DNA from: Macrostomum lignano
Taxonomy: Eukaryota
NCBI GenBank assembly: GCA_002269645.1
Contig: NIVC01000028.1
Coordinates: 124,001-188,000, forward strand
Reading direction: 5' to 3'
Length of the DNA stretch: 64,000 bases
Shown here: positions 1 through 20,741 of the stretch, piece after piece
How the letters are laid out: each line of letters opens with the position of its first letter
Numbering within the stretch: position 1 is the first letter of the stretch
Position numbers and translations under genes: made by a program
Notes under the pieces: model-generated
What the model saw: the letters and a program-made list of their open reading frames with translations, nothing else
Told to the model about the DNA's origin: nothing
The model's database searches: none

Positions 1-926
1 ATCACTGATAACTGGCTATTCTTTATCGGCGACTCAGTGGGTCAAAAAGATCAACTCGGGCCTGGAGGTCATGCTGATACTAATTAACAAATTAGGCGAG
101 AGTGAACAAGATCATTAATATCATCTTTGTTTGGGTGCCTTGTTTGAGCATGGATTTTAAGGAGGTAGGGTCTAGTGGTATTGTCTTCCATCATTCTCAG
201 TAACTCTCGTGCCAGGTGTGCAGTCAGATTGGACTCTCAAAGGCCTAAAAGAGTCCTGACTCTATCGATTACTTTAGCGAAATTATATTGTAGAACAAAG
301 CCAAGTCTTAAGGGATCCTGAGCCAAGATAGAAAAGACAAAGAAGTATTCCAACGACTCCTCACCCAAGAGAGCAGATTAAGCGCTTCGCTCCGTTTATA
401 ATATTTTCAAAACATTTCTACTTCGAAGCGGAGAGAAGCGCCTTCACAACGGTGGCAGAGTGAGGATTTTTTCCCATTCGTTGAATTAGATGCGGTTCTC
501 CCCCTTCTAAGGAGGAGACTGTGGAGGCATCTGTCCTACACAGTACTCTCAGTGTCTTACCATCAAGCAGTTACATTTTGTTTATTTTCACGGAGTGTCC
601 AGGCTCTCTAGGTTGTTCTCCGCGGGCCTGCCCTCCGATCCGGTTCTGGGCGGTTACCTCCGGGTCGGGCTGGCTGGCTGATATAGGGGGATGAGCTCAT
701 TACTCATGTTAGCGACCGTTTGCTCTTCCCTGTGCTATTTTAATCCTCAAGTTGCTCTGGGGCTCTCTAATTTCCATTCCGATTTCTAACTCTTATAATA
801 GATTAAACTATGTACAGTGTAAATAATACGCATAAAACTTGATATTTTTACCACGTTAATACAAGAACTTTGTTCTGTCACTGGACGCAGTGTTAGCAGC
901 TATAGGTGGTACCGCCGGGATGCCAG

Positions 927-1388
927 GGGTGGATTTCATGAAGCCACTTGTCAGACAAATTACAAGTGACAAGTGACAATTTGTCAAGCGCTATCCTGAT
1001 AAGTGACAATTTGTCAAGCGCTATCCTGACAAGTGACAATTTGTCAAGCGCTATCCTGATAAGTGACAATTTGTCAAGCGCTATCCTGACAAGTGACAAT
1101 TTGTCAAGCGCTATCCTGACAAGTGACAATTTGTCAAGCGCTATCCTGACAAGTGACAATTTGTCAAGCGCTATCCTGACAAGTGACAATTTGTCAAGCG
1201 CTATCCTGATAAGTGACAATTTGTCAAGCGCTATCCTGACAAGTGACAATTTGTCAAGCGCTATCCTGACAAGTGAAAATTTTCAAGCGTTTTGTAAAAG
1301 TTTCATGAAACAGAAATAACTGAAATTTGTCACTTGTCACTTGTCAAATTCTCACTTGTCGCTTGTAGTTTTCTCATGAAATCTGCCC
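927..1388. mobile_element. Non-autonomous TIR element (PIF/Harbinger-like MITE) carrying a minisatellite core
   Basis: Ends GGGTGGATTTCATGA... and ...TCATGAAATCTGCCC are imperfect inverted repeats. Both are flanked by CAG (924-926, 1389-1391), a 3-bp TSD. Subterminal GACAAGTGACAA / TTGTCACTTGTC are also inverted. Confidence 0.65.
965..1283. repeat. 30-bp minisatellite (GACAAGTGACAATTTGTCAAGCGCTATCCT) x ~10.5
   Basis: Near-perfect tandem units with an internal palindrome TGACA-ATT-TGTCA. ORFs 893-1249 and 948-1319 are translations of this repeat. Confidence 0.95.
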
Positions 1389-3531
1389 CAGGTGCGCGGC
1401 TCTGTCACCCGTCTTGTCAGATACCTTTCAAGCTCACACCAAGCTTGAATGATTACAAGAAACCTTCTTTTGAGCTACTAATCGAGTTCAAGAACAAAAT
1501 GAAACTATTTAAAATATTCTTTAACGCAGAAACCAGAATATATTGGGCAGGTATCAATCCGTTTGAATTTTATTAGAATTGAACAGTCGTTTCAGTGGAG
1601 AAAGAAACGCGTGTGTTATCAATAAGACGGTGACAGGTGTGTGTACCATTCCACAAATGAGTTATAGCCAACTGGATCTTCGATGCTTTGTTTCCAGAGA
1701 TTTTCGGGTGTCATACGAGTTTCTACAGTCAGTACAGTCTATATCTATGATTTACGAGTACATGTATCTATGCGTATAGCTGTTCAACATTAAAATGTAT
1801 TTCTATTGTACTTTTGTGCAGAAGACAAGAATCATAGTTGGCAACAAGAAGCCATTATTATTTAACAACGCACAGAGTTCATGTCGAAGCCACCAACCGA
1901 AAGTAAAATCATGGTCAACACGACGGGAATCCAGCACCAGGAGAAGCAATCAAAATTAAAGAAAATGCTAGGATGCTAGCGAGGGAGTGGTAGAAGCGTT
2001 AAAATTTACATGGAGAAAAAGCGACGTAGTAGTAATTTTTGAGTTGGAAATTTTGAATTGCAGTTTTTTGACAATCATATTTAGGCTGCCTCTAGTAAAC
2101 CTTCCGATGCTGCTCTGGCTTACGCCATCCAACCACTGAAGCTGAATGAACCGCCTTGCATCCTTGCAGCTGCACCAACGCGTCCAAGAGAGCGCCTTTG
2201 AACGGATTGAAGCTGCTCTACCGCCCGCCACCCGAACTGACAGGCAGAGTTCACTCTAGCCAAGTGATATGAGCAGGATACTGTAGGGTGAAGGTAAAGA
2301 CACAAAGCTACTTTAGTGGCCTTTAAAAACACTTCAATAATTCCGAGGCTCACTCCTCACGGCAAGTATGGGTCGCTTTGTAAATCAGCCATTAGATTTA
2401 TTGCGGGGCAAATGAACTTTTTTTCTAACAACTCATGTCTTTAGTCACAAGGTAAAGTCCTCAAGCATCGCTTTCTCTGTGCTCCAAAATGTTTTAGCGA
2501 CTGTCATGATATCATCGGCATTGAATTGCCTAATCTAAACGGATACAGAAATCAGGGGAGAATGTTTAACTGTGGGTTTTAGGGTAAACAGCTGCATTTT
2601 TAAATACAGCAAACTGTGTGCCTATGTTTGCATATGCATATGTTTGATCCCGGACTCGAGTGCGTGACTCACGGATGCTTGACTCACTTTAAGTACTCTT
2701 AAAATATTTATGCACTATTAACGCATCGGATCAACTATTGAATTTCTTCGAACTCCAAAATATAAAGAAGTTCCTCTCGGCTCTTCAGCTATTAATATAA
2801 ACTATGTTGCCCCTTCGCTAGCAGAAATTCGCTGGGACATTTAGTGTATACATGCAGCCGAGCAACTGATCTAAAATTTCTCGAATTCAATAACGTCCGC
2901 TCAGACGCCGCCAGGGGGGGAGTTGCCGGTGTGACTTCTACGAGGTTAAAGAGACTCGGCGCTACGAGTCCTCAGACGCCAGGCATGAGCACCTGTGTCT
3001 GATGAACGAAAGACTGCGTAGCCTTAAAACCAGATCGCTCACTTGGAGCAGAAATGCGAGCAAATCCGACAAGAATTGCATCAAGAGTTCCCACAAAAAC
3101 TATCGGAACCAGCTGGAACTCAAAGAACGAAAGCAGAGGCTGCATCATCTCGAGGAGCCTCACTATGAGTGCGTGATCTCCGTGTGGGAACTGAGCATCC
3201 CGGTACTGGTGACTGCGGACCCCGGCTGGCACAGCTGCCGCAAGCAGGAGTTCGTGTAAAGCATGGACATCCAGGCCCGCCTATTTGAGTTTCCGACCGG
3301 CGCCGCATGACGGAACTCTGCGTTGGTCGTTCCGGTCGACTGTCTGGGTCGATGTTTTTCCTCCGTACGGCCGCCGGCAGCTTCCAGAACCGATCTCAGC
3401 GATTCTGCTTCCAAACTAACTTCCGGCTGATCAGCTGCGGATGCTGAGGAGACACGGGACTGCTGATGATGGGGAACGGGAGTCGATGGAGTTTGGGGTT
3501 CCGGCTAGGATCAGCCTGGACGTTCCAGTTC

Positions 3532-3830
3532 CATTTCTCCCCCTCTGCCCTTCCAGTTCTCCCCCTCTGCCCTTCCAGTTCTCCCCCTCTGCCCTTCCAG
3601 TTCTCCCCCTCTGCCCTTCCAGTTCTCCCCCTCTGCCCTTCCAGTTCTCCCCCTCTGCCCTTCCAGTTCTCCCCCTCTGCCCTTCCAGTTCTCCCCCTCT
3701 GCCCTTCCAGTTCTCCCCTCTGCCCTTCCAGTTCTCCCCCTCTGCCCTTCCAGTTCTCCCCCTCTGCCCTTCCAGTTCTCCCCTTCTGCCCTTCCAGTTC
3801 TCCCCTCTGCCCTTCCAGTTGTCCCTCTAC
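3532..3830. repeat. ~22-bp pyrimidine-rich minisatellite (CTTCCAGTTCTCCCCCTCTGCC)
   Basis: Direct tandem copies seen in the sequence. Confidence 0.95.
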
Positions 3831-4654
3831 CCTTTTAGTTACCTACACTGACACCGCTCTCTCCTCTCACCACTGCTCTATCCTCTGCTGAGCCTGTCAA
3901 ACTTAATGAAAATTCAACACACGATTTCGAATGCGCCGAGAATAGGCTTCACTATATATTGATATTTAATTATCTAGTTGAAAAACTCCTAGTAATCTAA
4001 ATAAGTACTAGTAATCTAAATAAGGCAATAAAGATGAATCTATTATTAGGCACATACTTGCAATATATACTACGAGCACCTGGGCCAATACTGTATGTCG
4101 CAAAATTGTATAGGATAAGGGATAAATATAAAGAGTGCCCGGAAAACCATGCTTAATTATTTCTTATAAAGCGTGATGCAACTCTCATACAATTTCAGGG
4201 CACAATGACCCGGTCAAAGCCATAGACAAAAAGAGCATCCCGCCAATGGGCATAAAAATTGTTCAAAATCTGATTACTCTTATTTGTGTACAGAGCACAA
4301 GTTTGACTGGAGTAACAATTAGAACAGTTTTTATGGCGCAATCTATGACAGAAATTTATGGTAAAATATAAGTGTATCGAATTGGTGTTTAGAAACCAAT
4401 TATAAAAAAACCATTGAATTTTTTGATTTTTGCGTTTCAGAGAATTAAAAAGTACTTAATTTACTTTACATGAACCACTATACTTGCTGCTTACGAATGT
4501 GAGTCTGCTTAAACAAGGAAAGAGCACTTGAAACAAAAGACGAGGGAGCGGAAAGGAGAGGGAAAAAGTTAGAGTAGCAAAAATTTCATATAAAAATAGT
4601 TATTGTCGCTGCTACTGTTGTTGTGGTTTCGTCGTTAATATTGTTGTTATCCTT

Positions 4655-4738
4655 CTGCTTTTGTTGTTGTTATTTTTGATATTGATTTTAGTTGTTGTTT
4701 TGTTGTTTTCGGTGTTTTTGTTGTTGTTGTTGTTGTTT

Positions 4739-4770
<32 letters not shown>
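4655..4770. repeat. (GTT)n microsatellite
   Basis: Runs of gttgttgtt. Confidence 0.9.
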
Positions 4771-4771
<1 letters not shown>

Positions 4772-4832
4772 CAGACAAGGGTCAATCCATGCCTTATTCT
4801 GCGCGTTAAAGGTCCTTCTTATTGGCTCCTAA

Positions 4833-5252
4833 CTATTGAAAATATTCAGACCTGTCAATCAGAGCATGCATGACCTCGGCGTGAGCACCAGCCTGGCCTT
4901 CCTGCTGCATGGAGTTAACGAGATTTCTTCGCAGCCTAGCGGTTAATTGAGGATACCGAAACACATCATGTTTGAAGGTGTTCAGTCCGTACCGAAGTTC
5001 GTAGATCATCTTGGCTGCCACCAAAGTGACAACTGCCAGCTCAGAGTCTTTACTCTCCTTCGTCAGCTCAGAGTCTTTACTCTCCTTCGTCTCCTTCAAT
5101 CTGTCATCAGAATCTTCATCGCCCTCCGAGCTGCTAATTTTAAAAAAATCACTTGGCAACCATTTTGCAAAAACTTGTTCCAGTGTTGCTTTGCGCTCGC
5201 ACTCCAGCTCTTCCAAGCGGACTCGTTCTTCATCTTCTTCTTTAGTAACCAT
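4833..5252 (-). CDS. Intronless orphan ORF, 139 aa, with acidic/Ser-rich N-half and helical C-half
   Basis: ATG-to-stop ORF with protein-like composition. It contains an in-frame 27-bp duplication (KESKDSELT) and starts 18 nt after the stop of the upstream ORF. No family recognised. Confidence 0.5.
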   Translation of the reverse strand: MVTKEEDEERVRLEELECERKATLEQVFAKWLPSDFFKISSSEGDEDSDDRLKETKESKDSELTKESKDSELAVVTLVAAKMIYELRYGLNTFKHDVFRYPQLTARLRRNLVNSMQQEGQAGAHAEVMHALIDRSEYFQ

Positions 5253-5270
5253 TGACTGTCTGACTGTAAT

Positions 5271-6127
5271 TCACCGGAGCGGCTTCAGAGCGCAGTTCCG
5301 ACAGTCGCAGTTGTGCAGCAGCACGTTTTCACCCTCCGAGAGCCTAACAAATTTTTCAGTTTTGGGTTCGCGTGTCGTGTCCCAGATACCCTTTCTTATT
5401 GGGCTTTCAAAGTGTTGGACATTGCAAAACTGGACAGTTTTACAGACACGTTCGTCTCTTGCTGTCCGTTATGCACAGCGAAATCGAACTTATGTTCCAG
5501 GCAGCTGTACCCGAAGCCGGTACCAATGTACTTCTTCTCGAAGCACATGCCGTTCAGGGCCACATACTCTCCAACCAAGCCAGCAAAATTATTTTGGTTG
5601 TTGAGGCTGCTGCTAAGAAACATCTCAAGAAAGCAAGGAATTTCAATTTCTGATGTAGCGCGAACTGGAGGGTAGCGATATGAGAAGTACTCATGGATAT
5701 CTACGGCCATCAGGTACATGATGGCCGACTTAAATCCTTCCGCGTAGCTCTCCGGTATGTCCACTGACACACCTTCGTTCATCCAGGTGCAGAGACATCG
5801 CTCACCCATTTCTGTCGGTATTCGGCCCTGGTTTCTTCTAATTATTGGCCTCCCGAATACTCTACGCTCTTCCCCTTGTTGTTCTGACGTCACAGCCCTA
5901 AAAAGTCTTACCAGCTTCTCGTGAAACTGATAAAATTGTTCTCCTACATTCGTCTCGTAGGTGAGGACGACCATCAAAGCCAGACTGCGTTTTAGCGTTG
6001 GGTCGTTTTTACACTGGTCGATTTTCATCAGGCGTTCAATCTCCGAGACAGCACTTTCAGTTAGTTGCAGCTGAAATAGTTTATAGTTGTTAGAGTTCAT
6101 CTGCAAAATGATAGGTTCCATCTTCAT
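5271..6127 (-). CDS. Intronless orphan ORF (~285 aa if one frameshift near 5460 is corrected), ending in a CxCxxC motif
   Basis: The 243-aa ORF 5396-6127 is followed in another frame by an open, protein-like stretch (DERVCKTVQFCNVQHFESPIRKGIWDTTREPKTEKFVRLSEGENVLLHNCDCRNCALKPLR*) that stops at 5271-5273. No family recognised. Confidence 0.5.
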
Positions 6128-7128
6128 TACAATATTTTTAACATTACGGAATGAAAGCTAACATAACGTGATACAAAAAAAGAATTCAAAATCTAATAAT
6201 TTATTTCCAAAATTACCAGTAGCAAGACTACTAGTAAAAATTCAAGTGATGTTTGAAATTAAAATATCCTGCAATATTTTTTAAAACTTTTTTGCATTCC
6301 ACCAACCCAACATTGTGGGATAGGTAGTTGCAATCGCAACTACTTATATTTATAGATAAATATTCAATAACTGCTTCAGTTAATATATTGTGAAAAGTTT
6401 CACTCACCATGAAGTATGAAAAAGTGGCTTGGTGATGAACTATGGAGTATGACACAGTATGAAAGAATAGCTTCACAAGATCCTCAGGCAGCTCAATATA
6501 TTGATTTTAGAGTTTTATTTATTTTATTTACTAGTCTGCTTAAACACTGGAGACAGGAGAAATAAAACAACACTGGCACAAACATAATGCAATGCAATGC
6601 ATTGTGTGCCGAAACAATAAGGAGGGATGAGCGGCTGAAAGGGATGAGGGGCTGGGAGAGATGAGGGGGCTGGGAGGGATGAGGGGGCTGGGGAAGAAAA
6701 GTGGGACTGGGAATTTCTAACACACAGGCAGTCAGTAGCTGTACTACGTTTGTAGCTGCTCTCTCCCGCTGTGTCATGGCGGTACGGGCAGTACGGTGCG
6801 TCCTCACACTGAGCAGCTACAGCTAGGCTGGGCTGCATGTTTCTCCTCTCCAGATGCATATACTTGGCAGGAGAGAGGGTTTTCAGCTTATTATCGATCC
6901 TCTCTCTCTGCTCCCCGTTGCCATGGTTCACCCATTTTGCGGGAAAAATCATATAATGCAGCCCATTGTAATTAAAATGGCTGTTGAGGCATCTCTGTGA
7001 GAAACGCTGCTCAAATATTAAAGAACTACTGCGTGTACCAGACAAGACTATATTAGAATAACTAGTGGTCCTTGATTTTTAACAAGTCCTTCTTTACCGC
7101 CAACAAGAAAACAAAAGCGAAATAAAAT

Positions 7129-16164
<9,036 letters not shown>

Positions 16165-16279
16165 GTAAGTCTCTAATCGAGTAAATTGAAGAAAAAGTTT
16201 GAATATTTATGCTGAAATGGCAAAGTTGAAATGCCAAGTAGAAGGACGCAACACTCGAAATCTATGGTAAATGTTTTGA

Positions 16280-16623
16280 AGGCAACTTTTCACCGAAAAA
16301 TGCACTACAGAGATAGGAGGTTTTAATTTTTTCAGCACAAAAATTGTTATTGCTTTTGATAGAAGGCAGATCCAGTGTTCATCTTTTGATATGTTGTGCC
16401 TATTAGAAAATTGGTCTTATTAGAAAAAATATTTAAAATAATGACAAGACCAATTTAACATGAAAAATCGATTAATGCGTCTTTAGAGCAACATGTGAGG
16501 CACAAAATAGCTCGTAGTGTAAAAATACTGGATCTGCCTTCTAGCAAAAGTAATAACAATTTTTGTGCTGAAAAAATTAAAACCTTCTATCTCTGTAATG
16601 TATTTTTCGGCCTACAGTTGCCT
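16280..16623. mobile_element. MITE with ~120-bp inverted arms (Kolobok-like AGG...CCT ends)
   Basis: 16280-16400 pairs with 16500-16623 (e.g. ttttttcagcacaaaaattgttatt...gaaggcagatccagt). Flanks ttga/tgaa resemble a decayed TTAA TSD. The superfamily assignment is tentative. Confidence 0.65.
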
Positions 16624-16969
16624 TGAATATATATATTATTTTATATATATATTCATATATATTCATATATATGCTACTTGACTAGTCCTTGTGAAATGCT
16701 TGGTTCGTTGTGGGATGCTTCGAATCTTCGAAGCATTCGAATCTTCGAAGTTTCTTAAGCCAATCTATAAGCCAATGCTCATAGAGATTTTGATATCTTA
16801 TGCTAGATTCTAGCTCTACTTACATGTAGCAGGTTGTTTTTTGGTTTAAATATCATTTTCCTTTACGAAATACCTAAATGTTTATGTGCATGCAAAAACT
16901 AAATGTACCAGCCAAGACTATACTAGAACCGGTAGTGGTTCTCCATATTAAAAAAGTGCTTCTTTGCAG

Positions 16970-19537
16970 CAAAAAATAGAACGAAAGCAAGTACATGAAA
17001 CCAAAAGCAGTTTGAACATTTTGCAATCTGAAAACATCCAGCAAACCGTGCTCACCCTGTGCGATATTCTCGGATTGTCTCAGTCGACGCGTTACGCAGT
17101 AGCCAGATTATGAGACATGCCCAGCTCTGAGACTGAAAACTTCCAACAGCCAAGACGCCAACTGCGAGATCACGATTTCCAGTTTGGAAGCTGAGGATTC
17201 TGAAGACACGACCGGATCGAATCAAACTCGATATGCCGTGGTGTCTTCATTGCACTCGGTAAAAGTCACCTTCACGGGCTTACCGAATTTAAGCGAGCGA
17301 TTCAGTGCAACTTTTCCCCCAGTGCTCGGTGATCTGTGCAGACTTGTATCGCAACTGATCAAAGTGACTGGAGTCAAGCAGCTCAGGATTCAAGTCGATC
17401 CAAGCACTGCTGAGCGAATACTCCAATCCTCAGTCCAACCGCAGCTGCTTGATGACGTTTCAATCAGGCACTTCCTGTCATCAGCTTTTGTGTTCTGCCA
17501 TCTACTGAGGGTTCCGGGAGAAACCCGTCTCGAGTCACTTTTGGACTTGAATGCTGGCGATGCGCTGGTGACGATCGGAGATCAGCCCCAAAGCTCGATG
17601 AGACTTGCTGTGAGTTCCTGCTTAAACGGAGAAGATGAAGCAGTCAATGAAGAGTTGGAGCACTGCATCGCTGAGAGCTCAAAGCGTTCTACGCCAGTTT
17701 ATCTGTGCATTCTATTCAACGAGATCAGCACGTGCAAATGGTACCTGAGGACCAAAAAAAGAAGTTGAATGTCAACGTAAGCGGTTGCCCAACCATGACG
17801 TGACTCGAATTCGAGTGGAATCGGATTCTGGCCTGAAAATCCGAGTTATTCTATTCGATGTTCAACAAGGAGAATGCTATCAGGACACAGGAGCTCTGCC
17901 AGCGGAACAGGTACTAAACGAGTTCAGCGATGACCAGTTCCTGCGTGAGGCGGTTTCCAAGTATGAGCAGCTGGCTCAGGAGCACTCGTTTCAGCTGGAG
18001 TGCTTCACGGTGCCCTGCCGAAACACCGCTCACATGCTGCAGGCAGCAGCAAAAGTGTAAGACAGTTTTAACAGTGCATAATTATCTGCTTACGTTAGTG
18101 CTGACGCGATGTAGCTCGTACATATCTTGATTCCGCGTCACATTTCAGAGCTCAGGAAGCCCAAAAGCAGAGCGCTGATGCAGCATCTCACGCACATGTA
18201 AGTGGTCACAGAGCAGCACAATGCTTTATTATAGTTGTTATGAAAGGCTTTCAGAACAGAATTTTAAACTGCCCCCAAAATCGCATTCTGTCTGCACGAG
18301 CTATTATTTTATGTAGAAATCAGGAAAAGGGGCGTCGACTTACGCTCATGGAACATCCTTCCTCTTGGTACTCTTGATTGCTACGGTCTTATCCAATAAT
18401 TAGCTTTTACGAGAAAATTACAATAAAGTTTTACTCTCTAAACGTTGTCATGTCAAAATTTCAAAACATTTCAGCTCTTGAGTACACCTATGTCTTTCTC
18501 TAGAGCGAAAGTAAACAGATGAATATATTCCTGTTTAACATTTCAAACTGTTGCTGGCGGTCAGATACTTGTAGCAAAACCCTAACCAGAAAAGAGAGTT
18601 GTATTGAAAATCATAAGATTTTCTGCAGTTTGAGACTGAGGAAGGAGTGTAGGGAGGGATGTTCAAGATATGAAATCTTACAGTAGCTGCCTTATAATTC
18701 AAGCGAAGTTGTACTAGCTGTAATGATCATTAACTATTGCTCAATGCTGCAGTTACTCTATGCCTGATTTACATTTGGAAAGTTAATTTCCACACGAGGC
18801 CAGAACTCTTGCATATAGCTCGAATTTTAAATGAGGCTCGTGCTGAAAACTGCCAGCCATAATAATTTCACCATAGCCAGTTAAAGTACAAAAATTTGAT
18901 ATAAATATGCTTCACAATAAACTTTACAGACTCCCGGAGCTCTGCATCATCTCGCAGCCATCGGAGATGCATCACTGCTCGCTCAAATCCTTGAAGCCGA
19001 TCCGTCAGTGCTGCAACAACCACACAAATCGTTTCCTCATCGCACGGCCCTTCTCTGTGCCGCAGCAGCCTCAGTCGCGGACTTCTCTCAAGGCTCCGAG
19101 GCTCATGCCGAGTGTTTCGAAATCCTCATCAGCAGAGGAGCTGATCCGCAAGCTGCGGACAGCCGGAAGCACTCCGTCTGGCACTGCGCCGTCCTCTCCA
19201 ACAACATTCCTCTGCTAAACACTTTGCTGGCGAACCACAGGGCAGACATCAACAGCGCAGATGGAAGCTGCATGACGCCGTTGCTGCTGGCAGTAGAAGA
19301 GGAGAATGCTCCGGTAGCAGAGATGTTGTTGGACAACGGGGCCAACTCTCAGCTCACTGACAAGGCCGGTCAGTCTGCCCTGACCATGGCTGTTTCTGCT
19401 GGAAACCTGGAGCTGGTGAAGATTGTTCTGAAGCATGAGCCGGAGATTCTGCGTGACAGCGGCGCTGTGAAATACGCCAGCATCTACTGGTCTGCGTGGA
19501 AGCAGGGCTACGATGACATCTGCTTGCATCTTCTGCA
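16970..19537 (+). CDS. Ankyrin-repeat gene, unit 2 (tandem duplicate of unit-1 exons 1-3); two frameshifts as assembled
   Basis: Exons 16970-18056, 18149-18197 and 18930-19537 are homologous to 7129-8214, 8301-8340 and 13344-13951. Frameshifts at ~17108 and ~17757 (A7 run). No ATG; starts at a phase-0 acceptor compatible with exon 16119-16164. Confidence 0.7.
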
Positions 19538-20173
19538 GTGAGTAGAAATTTGAGAAGATCTGCAACAGCTGTTAAACTGCCAAATTTGAATTTTTGTAGA
19601 GCAAAAAGTAGCACGAACTTAGAATATTTTTGGTTCATTTTCACAGTAAAAAGTTATTATACTCGTAGGTTTAACTAATAAGTAATAATTTAGCTTGTAC
19701 AACGTAATTTTTCAGAAAGCTACGAGTTGTTTTTCTTTTATAATTCTAAGTCTACATTAAGTCTACATTATTTTTTGTTCGGGTATTTTTGTTCGGGCGT
19801 CAAGTAAAGTAAATAAGATAAACAAACTAATTAGAGTTTAACACCAAACACAAGCAAGTGGGGCGCAGGGCTCAACCGGGTATATTAATGTCATTAAACT
19901 AGAGGGGGTAAAGTGAAGATAAGAAAAAGAGGGGTGATGTTGGTGTGCAAGGCAAGAGGCGAGATTGAGGAGCCAATCAGAAGGCAGCGAGTGAGAGAGA
20001 GATAGATAAGAATAACAAGACTGAACTAGACAGAGAGGGAGAGAGAAAACAGTAAACAAGATACAAGTGCTGATGAACTAAGAAATGACTAATAAAATTG
20101 CGACAACCAAACTACCAGATTATAAAGATTGTCAATAAGATTCCAATTGATTTTAACTGTCACCTTTAAACAG

Positions 20174-20395
20174 GAGCCGCGAGTGCCAACACCCGACGAA
20201 AAGGCGCGCATCTGGCCGCCGTACAGCGAGCAGATGGAGCAGTTGGGCGACTACCGCAAGCCGGTACACAAGACCGTGTACACTCTAGCTAAGCGAGCTG
20301 ACACACCGCTGCTCAATTGGCATGTTGTGCTCAAGCCAGAGCTGCCGCACGACTACAATGATTCGCCCGACTTCGACTACAAGCTAAAAGAGTAG
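20174..20395 (+). CDS. Orphan terminal (or trans-spliced single) exon, 73 codons
   Basis: Acceptor aaacag| at 20173, open frame EPRVPTPDEK...DFDYKLKE*, GC-rich third codon positions, AATAAA at 20518. Confidence 0.55.
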   Translation, partial: EPRVPTPDEKARIWPPYSEQMEQLGDYRKPVHKTVYTLAKRADTPLLNWHVVLKPELPHDYNDSPDFDYKLKE

Positions 20396-20741
20396 TTGTT
20401 GTCAAACTTTAAGCCACCACTAACTTAGCGACTTTATAAGAAACAAATTGAGTCGGATGAATTAGTAGAGTTCATTTGACATGTGCATTTTGCTGTCACT
20501 TGGCCCCGAATGTTATTAATAAATGCATACTAATAACAAAGCAACGCGTCTATGTTGCTTTAGTAGCTGCTTTTCGTGTTATTAATTTATAAATTTCTCA
20601 TAGCTATCGGTCGTGTTAAGAAATTAGCAGCGGAAAATATTGCATGTTGTTCGGATGTCATTTTGTTATAAGTAAAATATTGTATATTATTTTACTATTC
20701 TTTAATATACTGTTGTCTAATATCTTGGCACTCACTCCCAG

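Noticed and set aside
1-800. Stop-interrupted, protein-like minus-strand frame that might be a retroelement ORF relic
   Set aside because: No diagnostic motif recognised, and it is truncated by the window edge.
965-1283. Regular 30-bp repeats with an internal palindrome, superficially CRISPR-like
   Set aside because: Units are head-to-tail with no unique spacers, the context is eukaryotic, and there are no cas genes. The same applies to every other array in the window.
2972-3420. Coiled-coil-like reading followed by a RING-like spacing (HYECVISVWELSIPVLVT)
   Set aside because: It needs several frameshifts, the Cys/His ligands are incomplete, and the opposite strand gives equally plausible ORFs.
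19538-20173. Direct splice from ANK exon 18930-19537 to the 20174 or 20742 exon
   Set aside because: The donor is phase 2 and both acceptors are phase 0. A bridging micro-exon (e.g. a 10-nt candidate near 19693) is possible but unsupported.
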